Shown: positions 12,226 through 24,382 of the stretch, piece by piece
How the letters are laid out: each line of letters begins with the position of its first letter
Position numbering within the stretch: the first letter of the stretch is position 1
Assembly: GCA_001643675.2 (NCBI GenBank)
Contig: LSRY02000010.1
Coordinates: 62,001 to 126,000, forward strand
Length of the DNA stretch: 64,000 bases
From: Monocercomonoides exilis PA203
Lineage: Eukaryota > Protista > Preaxostyla
Direction: 5' to 3'
The notes under the pieces: generated by a model
Database searches by the model: none
What the model was told of the DNA's origin: nothing
What the model saw: only the letters and a program-made list of their open reading frames with translations
Program-made: the position numbers and the translations under genes

Positions 12226-15200
12226 ATGCCGCTTTTGCTAGTGCTAGCAATATTGCAGATAATTCGGAATGATTTTTGTAATTGTTCAAATGCTTTTCTT
12301 ACCAATGGTGAAGACGGAGCTTTCATCAATAACGCGCCTGAAAATAATTATAAAAGTACAGACTATATAAAGCAGCTTAAGCAAATAGGGTTTTGTTTCT
12401 TTTATTGTTTTTTGATTTTGATAAATTATTAAATTATTTATGTCAATTGCTTGAACTATTTTTATTCTACCGTTCAAAATAACTTATTCAGAAAACCGTT
12501 TATTTCAGGTTTTTCAGAGTTCAAACGAAATGAAAATTACAGCACTGTTGTTAAAGAGCGATTGTTCGAACATCATCCTGCCACATTGATTAAGTCTGAA
12601 GTTGTGCTTCTGAATTCATCCGCAAAATTTTCGAGTCTTATTGTTTCTCCTGTCCATTCACATGTAAATGCTATTTTCATGAAGCAATCTGCACTGACTA
12701 TGTCTTCAGTGATATTTGATTTACCAAGCGAGAACGCTGTATCTCCATTGACTTTTGAAAATGGAAATTCCGTTCTAGACAACATTTCGTTATTGCACAG
12801 GAGTTCAGATAGGCTTATTCCTCCACTGTTTTGTGGGTCAGCATCGACCGATGGAAAGTTGGGAGCTTTTTGTGTTTTAAACTCGGAGTTTTCATCATTG
12901 CAACTGTTGCACACTCCATTTTTTGGCGCAACAGCTGCATGCTCAATTACTGTGAGCTCATCTTCTTTTTTCAATGTCACATCTGCCTCAAAGGCTAAAA
13001 TTAGTTTTCAAAAGGGATTTTGCTATTCATTTCTGAGTAACTGCTATTTCGACCATGTACCAGATGCCATCTATGGGGGAATTGTGCGTTCAATAAATGT
13101 GCCTTCAATATCTCTCAGGGTATTCAATTGCTCGTTCAAAAACTGCCGTCACTCTGCAAACAACAACATCCAACACGAAGGCAACGAAACAAATCCAAAA
13201 AGGATGGAGAGTCTATTAATAACAGAAAAAGGAAATCATTCGTTTCTGCTATGCGAATGGCAGAATGCAAGCGCAGCAAATGGCGGAGCAATATATGTTT
13301 CATATGCGACTGAAGCCACAGTCTCGATTCGGAGATGCACTTTCAATTCGTGCATCGCAACAGAAAGTTTTGGAGGGGCATTGTATTTTGGAGGCATAAG
13401 TTCATTTATATTGGAAAATTCTTCTTTCAATGAATGCCAAGCTAAATTAGAAGGAGGAGGATGCTATGAGCGTTATATGTCTGCACAGCCATATATTTTT
13501 GGATGTGATTTTAGTATGTGTTCTTCAAATCGAGCTGGTGGAGGTGTACGAATTCAACTCGATGTTTCATCCAACATTAATTTGTCACAAAGAGAAAACA
13601 ACATTGAAAGCCAGTCAGATATTATTGATTGCAGCTTCATTAGATGCACAATAACAAAAGATGCAGGCGGAGGATTATGCATGGCTCCTCCTGGTTTAAC
13701 TGAAGTAAGAAGCTGTTTATTTTATCAATGTTCAGCATCATTCAGAGGAGGATCATTTCATTGGAATGGAGAAACTTTAAAATCAACAAACTTGGTATTA
13801 TTTTATTTTCATTTCTATTTTGAAAGTATCTGCACACGTGAAGATCCGAATGGTATAGATGTTGAAATTACAGATAACTCGAGTCATTTGAGACAAAATC
13901 CGCCTCCATTTGTGGAATCTTTCACAACGTGCACAACGCAATCTGTTTATCTCAATTATGCTGAAGGAGTTAGATATGCAACAGGATGGATGGAGCCATT
14001 TTCCTTGAATCAATTTGTGGGGAATGATGGTCAAGACTTGATTGGCTCTGTTTGTAATGACGAATTTTCTCCATGCAGAACAGTGCAAAAAGCTATTTCT
14101 TCACTTCATTCCATTTCTTTATCAACAATTACTCTTTTGGAGGGATTAATTTCGTCAGAACCATCTCCACTCCATCTCGATTCCAAGACACTGAAAATAA
14201 CGGGATCTTCTAGACAAAATGTGCAGCTTGCAACAGACTTGCTCCCAGCTGACTCATCTCTGTTTTCAATTTCTTGTGGAACGCTTTATGCGCTTTCCTT
14301 CAGTGTTGATCAGAACTCAACAACTGTTCCAACTCCGACTGTATTCCAATCTGATTCGATTTCTTTGCTCACAATCAGCAATGTTGCAATTTTTTCATCG
14401 AATTTCAAAGAAGAAATAGAGGTTTCATCACATGTATTTGATGTTTGTCTCAAGAAAGTAGAAATTAGAGATCTTCTTATCTGTAATATAACAACATCTG
14501 AAAGTCTATTCCATCATTCTTCATCTTCGGAGGCAGAAGATAGCCATCTGAGCAATATTACTGTTGCGAATGTTACTCTCTTAACAGGAAGTGGACTCAT
14601 TCTATCAATTCGCACTGCTTTAAACGAACATCTGAAGATGATGAACAACACAATTGAGAATTGTTCATGTATTTCTGAAAATGGAGGAGGGATAGCAATC
14701 TTTCTCGATCATGAGAGTAGCTCGCTTCAGATTGGATCACAAAGTTCTTCCACATTATTCACGAGCTGCCATTGTGGTGGATTTGGAGGAGGGATATATA
14801 TTGAGATGGCTGAAGGTGCAACTGACTTCTGTCTGTCTGACATCACATTTTGCAGGTGCAGCGCAAATAATGGAGGTAACAATGTTTTCATTAATGGAAG
14901 TACTTTGTCATCTGTTTGGCTGAACAATGGAACATTGAATATATCATTTGAGGAATCCTCATCAGATGATCTGATGTGTTTCGATCGACTCATTCCGATT
15001 TTGAATCCATTTTCACTGAATGCATTTCTCGTTCCTTTTAATGCGCCTGCACATGTAACTGGAGATCCATCGCGAGGATTGGATTCATCATTCTGTGGAC
15101 TTTCCTTTTTGCCTTGCCTGACCATAATGCACACCGTTCGCACGTTATTCCCAACATCTTCACCATTGATTGTCATTGATGACTGCCTGCAAGTTGATGA

Positions 15201-18200
15201 GCAATTAATTGTGTCACAACACCCATGGAATATCTCTGCGATCGAGAAGGGATTACAGGTTTCAATTCTTGCTCCTTCAGATTTTTCTTCTTCATCTTTT
15301 GTGACTGTGACAGCAGGTGCTTCGTTTAACAACATTTGTTTTGGGCTTCCTTCTGCATTACAATCAGCCTCTTTCTTTATCAGTTGTTCAACATCTTCAT
15401 TGTTATTGATTAATTGTTCCATAGTATTCGAAGTTATCTCACAAGGCTCCGCTGTGGAATATGGATTTGCAGATATTGAAGAAGGTGGAATAAAAGTGGA
15501 GAACTTTGAGACAAAGAACGGAGCGGTAATACAATCAAAATCGTTCATAAAGTGTCATGGATTGAATGGATTTGCATATTTCGAGAATTGTAGATTTTCT
15601 GGATTCAAAAACATAAATGGAAATGGAGGATGCATATTCGCAGGATGGAACGGAGGGCAAACTGGAGTAGCGAGTGAACTTATGATAGACAATTGCAATG
15701 TGAGTGAGTGTTGCACAGAAGGAAGTGCAAAATGCGGAGGAGGAGCACATATTTCACTAGGAGCTGGCGATGGTCTTGTCGTGAATGGAAGCAGTGTGTT
15801 CGAAGGGTGTTGTGCAGGGAAGTTGATTGAAGACAAAGGAAAAGGAGGAGGATTGATGATTGGGATAGAGAGCGAAGAAAGTATTCTAAAGTTGGATGAG
15901 GGTGTGGTATTTTCGAAAGTTAAGAAGAACTGGGCATGGCTGGGGAAAGATGTGTTCGTGAAGTGTGAAAATAATATTTTGCTGAAAGATATTGTGAATA
16001 GTTCGACGTTTATGTTTTTTGACGGAAGGGTTACGTCACCTGAAGATACGATGTTATATGGAAGTGAAAATGGAGCAGAGGATCACGCAATTCCTCTTTT
16101 CGTGTTTTTTGCTTCGCTTTCAAGTTCAGCATTTGTCGATGGAGCAGAAGGGGCAGATCACACGCATTGCGGATATGAGCTATTTCCTTGCGGTTCTGTG
16201 AGTTATTGTGTGAACAATCGAATATCGAATGTGGTTGGTCTGGTTGAAGTTTTATCTTCAACGTCAATTTCTGAAGAAATGTCGATTTCTGCAATTCCGC
16301 TCATACTCATGATTTCGCAGCACATCGAAAAAGCAACAATTACAGTTGTTGAAGGAGATAAATTTACTCAAGATGCATTTGTTGATTGCTCGACAGCTTG
16401 CTCTTTTTCAAATTTTTCGTTTCACCTTCCGTCTGCGTTTGATTCATCAAGAAAAGCATTTCTCCATTCCACTTTTTCGCTTGCTCTTTCATCGTGCTCT
16501 ATTTCGTTTGCATTTTTGAATAATGCATCTGGGACTTCGGTTGGGTACTGCATTATCTGCGCGGAAGGAGGTGAAGTGGAGCTTGCAGGGTTTGAGATAA
16601 ATCAGAACATTTCATTTTCGTTATCATCATCATTTATGCTTTTTGAAGGATGCCACTCGGTAAAGATGATTGATTGTCGGATTTTGGGAGTTGAAAAGAA
16701 AGAAGGCGATGGAGGGAGTTTGTATTTAGGAGGATATGGAAGCAGAGAAAGAGAAGGAAGAGAGGAAGTTTTCGAGGTGCTGATTGAGGGTTGCACATTT
16801 TCATCGAGCTGTACAGGAGGAGATGGATCGAGAGGAGGAGGAATTTTGTTAGAAGTGAATAAGGAAAACAAAGTGAATATAAGTGGTGTTGCGTGTGAGA
16901 GGTGCACAGTTCCTAGCGGAAACGGAACTGATGAAGGGAAAGGGCTCGGAGGAGGGTTGTTCTTGGAACTGGAGAATGGAGCAACAAATTTTGTATTGGA
17001 ACAATTGAGATTTGACCAGTGTTTAGCATGGAAAGGAAAGAATATTTTTGTGAATGGAGATCACCTGAATGAAATTGTCAATGAACAACACTTTTGCTGG
17101 AATTTGAGTGGTGATGAGTTATCGTCACTAGAAGAAATATGCGGATGGGAGAGATCGACGACTGGGGTGGGATATGTGATTCCTATGGTTGTGTTCTTGT
17201 GGAATAATCTGTCTGGAAATGGGTTTGTGGATGGGACAGCTGGAGCAGACTTCAGTGGATGTGGATATGAAGTTACCCCGTGCATGACAGTGGATCAGAT
17301 ATTTTCTGTTCAATTCCCTCCAAATTCACTCACTTCACCAACTTCTATAACACTCATTCAGTCAGCTTCAATCAATAACCCGATTTCGTTTTCTGCATTT
17401 TCCGATGCGCCTTCATTGACCACTCCATCGGTATTGATGGAAGGACTATCGAATAATACAAATGTTTTTGCATGCAGTGCAAATGTCACTGATGCGGCAA
17501 CCATTTGTTCAACAGTTCAACTATCGTTTTCTGATCTGAAATTTATTCTTCCAACAATGTCAGCTGATGGCATATCTTTTGTTTTGTTTTCTGCTGCAAC
17601 ATCTTCACTGTCAGTTTCTCACTGCTCTTTTGTATCTAATGCGACAGTTTCCCAGGTGGCAGTCTATCCAACTGTTCTGAATGTTGTAAGTGGTGGCGCA
17701 ATGCTTAATCATGTATTTATCGCTGGCTTTTCGCTTTCAGGAGCATTCCTGCTTCTTGGATCTTCTGTATCAGTTGTAAGTGTGGAATTTCTCAGTGCTG
17801 CTTCAATAAATGTGACTGGAGCAAGTATTATAAGCACGAATTCTGATTCAAGTGTTATCATTCCATTGAATCATCGAGGCAATTCGGGAAGGATAAATAG
17901 CAAAACAGCAATCACAATCAGTTGCTCGAATTTTTCATTTATTACTCGGGAAGATGAAGGAGCAGGAATTATAAGCAGCAGTGGGTTTGGGGAGATAGAA
18001 TTCATTGTGAACAAAAGCAATCTGGAAAAGTGTGTGAGTGAGGGAAGCAAAGAAGGCGGAGGAGCAATGATCTGCTTGGAACATGAATATTCCCATCTGA
18101 CAGTGGAAGGATGCTCATTTGTTTGGTGTGCATCCTCGACAGTTGAGGGAAGGGGAGGAGGAATGATGATCAACTGCCAGAGCGAGGATGGGATATCGAG

Positions 18201-21200
18201 TTCAGGAATTGGAGAGATTGGACTTCTGATAAAGAATGATGTGTTTGTTGTGAACAATGCATATGTTGGAAAAGACATTTTCATCCAATGCGAGTCAATA
18301 ATGGAGCAGATCAATGAAACGTTGTTCTCACTGGACTTCAATCAGACAGCGCTTCAGAGCAATAACTCAATCTGTGGAAGTGACAGAGTGGTATTTGATG
18401 TGGACTTAATGGAATATATTCGGTTTTTCAAGGGAGAAGCCATCTTTGTATCGGAAGGGTTCGAGGACAGTCGTTTGTGTGGATCGCAAACCAATCCGTG
18501 TCGTTCTATTTCGTGCGCATCCTCTCATGTTGAACCAGGATTTAGAAATAGCATTTGGATTAATGGCTCGGCAGCTGTTGATGAAGAGACTGCACTTTCG
18601 AATTTGCGATTGGGCTCATCACTGAAAGATGATGCTCTGTTGAACTTTTGCGAATCAATCCCCTTCAACAATGAAAGCAGAGGAATTATTTGCTTTTCCG
18701 AAGAGTGTGTTGCTGAGAGGTGCAAGTTTTTGTTCAACATTGAATTTGCATGCAAGCACCCGGCAATTTTGGAACAGATAAATGGCTCTTTGTTGATTGA
18801 TTCGTGTTATTTTTCATGCCAGTCCTCAGTCTGTTTGAATTCAAGTCTTGCTATTGTGAAAAGCGGAGTATTTGTGATGAATGAAGGATTTATCAACGGA
18901 GTTCAAATGATGATAGCTCCTTTGTTGATTTTTGAGGGAGCTTGCTCAGCTGAACTGATAAATGTCACTTTTGGCGATCTGAAACTCGCGAGTAGTGCGA
19001 TTGTTTCAAGTGTTTATTCGCGTGTAATTATATCAAATGCTGTTTTTGAAAATTCAACAGTTGCAAGCGGATGCTTTATTTGTCTTAGCAACAATGAAAT
19101 TTCAAGTATTTTTGCTACAGATTCTCTGGAAAACAACAAATTGAGCGACTTTGCAAAGGGATCACAATCAATTTTTATTTCCTCATTTGTGAACATCACC
19201 TCTGATGGGATGGATGGAAGTGTTGTAAAATGCGAAAGTGGCTGCGACGATCTTCAGTTGACCAACTGCACATTCAGCCAGTGCTTTTTGAATACACCAA
19301 AAGGATCTGCTGTTAGCTTGAATAACTTGAAGGAAGCGTTGATTGATTCATGTTGCGTTTTTGGAGATTTGGATGATGAAGGAAACAAGAAGAATGAAGA
19401 GTCCAAAAGAACAAAAATAAAAGAAGAAAATGATGTGTGCAAATGGAATGGATCTGTCATCGAGATAATAAACTGCAGCGTTTATGTGAAAGATTCAACA
19501 ATCGCAAATTCGTCGAAAGGCGGGGTGGGAATAGAACGTTCAAGTGTGAAGCTCGAAAAAGATGAGTTTATGAACAACGACGGAAGAATAGAGAAATTCC
19601 GATCAGCAAGGAGGAATGTTGTGTGCCAAGGCAGTGGAGAACTGAATGTTGTGAGTTTGAAGGGAGGAGATGGATGGGAAAGAAATACGTCGCTGTGGAT
19701 ATTGGACGAAGGATGCACGCTGGAAGGAATAGCAAAAGAAAGAGAATCACCATTTTTCATCCCGAAGGTGGAGAGTGTGTCGTCGGAAAAGTCAGGGGAG
19801 AAGGTGGACATTATGTTCAGAGGATCGATTCTCCTCCCTTGCAACCTCTCATTCAAAACAGTTGCAGCAGTTGGGGATGAGGAAGTGGTTGAAAAATATT
19901 CGTTTGTTGCAAGCGGTTTCATATCAGAGGAAGAGGTGCATGGGTCTGTTCCTGCCAAGACTATTGAAGATGTGCCAAGTGAAGCAGATGTGAAGGTGTG
20001 TATTTTATTTGGGAAAGTTGATAAACCATCAGCCACTGATTCTTTCATTCTGAAGAACAGAAGTGCAATTGAACAAAGTGGAGATGAACAACTTGTTGAA
20101 GGAGGAAAAGAAGGGAAATCTTATTGGTTGCTGATTGTTATTGTGCTCGTTGTGATATTATTGATTGTTCTTGTTGTATCAATTATTTTTGCTGTTCGAT
20201 GGAGGATGGCAAAGAATGAAGCGAAAGATCTGAGAGAGATTGTGAATGATACAGTGAGGAAGGATCCGAAAGCATTTGAGATGGTGACGATGGAGATGTC
20301 ACCTGAGGAGCAGTGGCAAAGAGCCGAAAGAGAGGCAGAGAAAAAGAATGAGGAAAGAATCAAAAAGAGGGTGTATGAGAAAAGCTTGGGTCACTCTGAG
20401 TCATCAGAGCACCTTCTTTCTGAGAGTGGATCGACCGAATACATTCTGGGAAAGGACTCAGATAATATTCCCGATTGGGCATTAGAAAAAGAGGAGGAGG
20501 AAGAGATTCAAAAGAGAACTCCTTCACCATCCATTTCATCCACTTCAACAACAGACACTTCAGACACTGACACAACGTTTGTTCGATCTGAAAGTCTGTG
20601 CCCAACCACTTCATCCATGTCGAATCTGGTGGATGCAATGGCCTGCTCATCTCCTCATGAGAAATTGATTGTGGATTTAAGAGATTCTCTGTTCATGCTG
20701 TTGCACGGAAGGAATGCGAAGAAAGAGATGACGATAGGCACTCTTCAGGAGAGAGAAGTGACAGCTGCTCAGATCCTGTTCTGGGTGGCCAATCTTGCAA
20801 TCCACTCCTTTGATGAAATGGAGAATCCTCTATCTTCTCTGGAAAATCTCAGTCCTCACATTGTGCTGTTTTCAGAACACATGGTTATCTGCATTGCCAT
20901 GCACTCCGACTGCTCGTCAGATGATAGTTCAGACTCATCATCCATCTCATCATCGACCGTTGTCACATCTACCAGTGATGACGATGATGACAGAGACTCT
21001 CTGCCCTCATCCGCCTTTGAAGATGAGGATAGTTTCAAAAAAGAGTGTCTGAGGTGGAAGGCGCCAGAGTTGTTGATAAACAAGAAGATGGGAGCAACAA
21101 AGGCTTCTGTTTCGTTTTCCATTGGGATGATGTTGTTAGAATGTTTGATACTGGAGATTCCATTTTCTGATTATGAGGCTGAAATGGCTGGAAGGAAAAT

Positions 21201-21441
21201 AAGTGAGGGGCAACTTCCAAGTTTGATGAAAGTGAACGGATCAACTTATTTAGGGGTTGTTCAATCGTGCTTGTCGCCAAATCCGTTTGATAGGTGCACA
21301 TTGATTGGGCTTAAGAGGGAGTTTATCCAGCGTTTTCCAGCAGGCGCTGTCATGCCAACAGTGTCAGATGCTCTTGACTTTGAAGAAGATGCAAATGTCG
21401 ATGGAAATGAAAGCAGTTGCACTTATTGTTCATCGCTATAG
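12226..21441 (+). CDS. Giant type-I membrane protein: signal peptide, Cys-rich right-handed beta-helix (Pmp/pectin-lyase-like) ectodomain, single TM, TKL-like pseudokinase tail
   Basis: Signal peptide MPLLLVLAILQII; intron 12390-12491 joins in frame to ORF 12451-21441. GGAI/GGG and FxxC motifs recur, with five C-x5-PC-x-[TS] modules. TM is WLLIVIVLVVILLIVLVVSIIFAV. The tail contains LRWKAPELL...SFSIGMMLLECLILEIPF. Confidence 0.8.
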
Positions 21442-22090
21442 ACAAAACTCCATTGATGATTGGCAAGATCAAAACCGATTTAGAAATTTTGAAAAAATGA
21501 ACAACAGCAAAATATTATGTTGTGATGAAGTGTGTGAATTATAGCTATTGATTGTTTTGTTGAAGTTTATACATGTATATTTGATAATATCTATTTGAAA
21601 GTTGAACTTTCGTTGGCTGTCACAGTTTTTTTTTCATTAGACTTCTTGCATTCGCGATTTCTTTTATGATATCGTTTTAGCACCATATTTACACTTTGAA
21701 TTTTTGATTTATCTTTTATTTTTTAAAACATAATTTCAGAATTATTTTTGTTATGTATGTATTTATCACCTTTATTGAGCATTAATCTCATTTTTGATCG
21801 GATTTCTAATCCGCTAATTATTATTTCCAACTGACTTGTTATTGTTTGAGTGTATAATAAAATATAAATATTTATCTTATTTGCACTTTATGAAATCTTT
21901 TTTTCAAAGCAACTGGATATTCTTATTTAAGATTCATTTATTGAAAAATGACAACATTAAAATAAGGCGTCAAATTTTGATTGAATTAATTCTCATCTAT
22001 CCACTCCTTTTAAAGATTTTTAAATGCTTTTTTTATGAAAGAAAATATTAACTCAAAAATAATGATCAATATCATCAGAAAAATGAGATA

Positions 22091-22254
22091 GTTGGGACTT
22101 CATATTTTACTTTTTGTATTTTGTTCCATTCTACTCCTACAAATATTTTTCTCTCAATTTATGAATTTTTCTGTGTTTTTTTGACATGGGAATGAAAGAC
22201 TTATAATGATAAGGTTGGAGGAAAAAAATTGGAACAAATCATTGTTTTTTTCAT
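22091..22254 (+). repeat. Dispersed ~160-bp intergenic repeat, copy A
   Basis: Colinear similarity to 45191-45346: tgggac..ttttgttccatt..caaatattttt..tttgaca.gggaatgaaaga..ataatgataaggttggag.aaaa..ttgg.acaaatc.ttgttttt. Confidence 0.8.
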
Positions 22255-22534
22255 TCTAGAAAAAAATTTGCCATAGTTTCAATGGATATTTTTTATTTCA
22301 GAAATTTTCTTCATAATGTCAAATTTCAATTTAATGAATATTTCAAAATGATGCGATAAATAGAGACGATACACGACTTATGGAGATGATCATTCTTTAA
22401 GCCTTATTCAATATTTCGATAGAAAAAGAAAAATGAAAACCTCATTTTGATCAAGTTGATCATAAACGCAATTAAAGAATCACAGATCAACTTGTTGGAA
22501 TTTGAAGAGATTACAGTTTACATTTGAAGTCTCC

Positions 22535-23530
22535 ATGGAGGATAGAAAGATTGACACGAAGATGACTATTCTTGAAACCGAAAAGGCAATAAAACAGGTT
22601 AAAGACTTGTTTGAAGTTGAACTTGCCACTGAACTTCATTTGATTCGAGTTTCCGCGCCGATGTTTGTGCAACCTGAATCAGGACTCAATGACAATTTAA
22701 ATGGATTTGAGCGTCCTGTGTCTTTTGATGTTCCATCTTTGTCAACATCAGTTGAAGTTGTTCATTCTTTAGCGAAATGGAAACGTTATGCAATTAAAAA
22801 ATACGGAATTTCAACCGGATTCGGATTATATACTGATATGAATGCAATAAGAAGAGACGAAAAGCTTGATGAACTCCATTCCATTTATGTAGATCAATGG
22901 GATTGGGAAAAGGCAATTGACCATTCTCAGCGTACTTTTGTAACATTGAAGGAAACTGTATTGGCAATTGTTCGAGCAATAAAAAGGACAGAGGAAACGT
23001 TAAAGCGCCTATATCCGTCGTTGTTTTCAGTTGTTTCAAATGATGTTTATTTTATTTCATCTCAAGAATTGGAAGATTTGTATCCTACATTAACGCCAAA
23101 ACAAAGGGAAAATAAGATATGTGAAAAATATGGAACAGTTTTCTTAAGTCAAATTGGCTGTTCGTTGAAAAGCGGAAAGCCTCATGATTCAAGATCCCCT
23201 GACTATGATGACTGGGAATTAAATGGAGATTTACTCATATGGTATCCTCCTTTGGAGGCTGCTGTGGAGTTGACATCGATGGGAATAAGAGTTGATACAG
23301 AGTCACTTGAAAAGCAACTAAAAATTTCTGGATGTGAAGATAGAAAGAAGAGAGAATATCATCGACTTCTCCTCGAAGGTCAACTTCCTTCTACAATTGG
23401 AGGAGGTATTGGTCAGTCTCGTTTATGTATGGTTTTATTGAATAAAAGGCATGTTGGCGAAGTTCAGGCATCAGTTTGGCCAAAGGCAATGATTATTGAA
23501 TGTGAAGAAAAAGGAATACAATTACTCTAG
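22535..23530 (+). CDS. asnA: Aspartate-ammonia ligase (asparagine synthetase A)
   Basis: Diagnostic motifs: LIRVSAPMF, GLNDNLNGFERPVSF, EVVHSLAKWKR, GLYTDMNAIRRDE, HSIYVDQWDWEK, HDSRSPDYDDW, TIGGGIGQSRL, HVGEVQASVW. Intronless; first ATG at 22535. Confidence 0.97.
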   Translation: MEDRKIDTKMTILETEKAIKQVKDLFEVELATELHLIRVSAPMFVQPESGLNDNLNGFERPVSFDVPSLSTSVEVVHSLAKWKRYAIKKYGISTGFGLYTDMNAIRRDEKLDELHSIYVDQWDWEKAIDHSQRTFVTLKETVLAIVRAIKRTEETLKRLYPSLFSVVSNDVYFISSQELEDLYPTLTPKQRENKICEKYGTVFLSQIGCSLKSGKPHDSRSPDYDDWELNGDLLIWYPPLEAAVELTSMGIRVDTESLEKQLKISGCEDRKKREYHRLLLEGQLPSTIGGGIGQSRLCMVLLNKRHVGEVQASVWPKAMIIECEEKGIQLL

Positions 23531-24382
23531 TTTTGTATAGTTATTCATATTTTTATTGAGAAATATGAGATCTTCAGTTGAACATAGTCTGTAAATGTAA
23601 GTATTTTGATTTCATATTTTTGCTTTCTTTTTTTTTTCAAATAATAGAGGAGTTTGCTTTTTATTTTATGAAAATTTTGATTTGAATCAGTGTTTTTTAG
23701 TGAACAAATGTGTTCTTTAGTATTTTGCTTTTGGCATTCCATTGACTTATTATCAATGAAGTGATGATATGCCTCAATACAAATTCATGTATTTGTTACG
23801 ATCTTCTTTGTAGCAAAATCATTATTGAATTTGAAAGACTAACTAATTTTTTTATTTTTATTTTTATTTTTTATTTTAAATTATTTTCCTTTTATAATCC
23901 ATTATATATTTAAATCTCAATATACTTGTTCTGAAGAATATTATAATATTTGATGCGAGTGTATTGCTCAAAAATTACCAAAAGTTGACATTACTTATGT
24001 TCCCTTTTTTCTTTTTGTTTTAACTGATATTCAATAAGTATAAAAGATTATTCATTATCATTAATTAATCACAATAATCCTTATTAAGTGCTTATCAATG
24101 TTAATAATTTTTCAAGTGAAAATCATCGCACACTCGATGTTCTTATTTCAAAAATAAAAAATAAAAAACATTTTCCTTCATCATTGAAACTGGAAAATAA
24201 AATGAAAAAGAAAAAATTATTATTAGTAATAAACAAGTTTTGATTATTCAATACATTGGAAAGATATTGTTTGAAAAACTTGAATAGTAAATAATTAAGG
24301 AAAGATCTCAATATTTGGAAGTGTTTTCGAAATTGGAATCAATATTTCTGAACAGTTTTGCATTTTAAAGTTGCAAAAAAAA

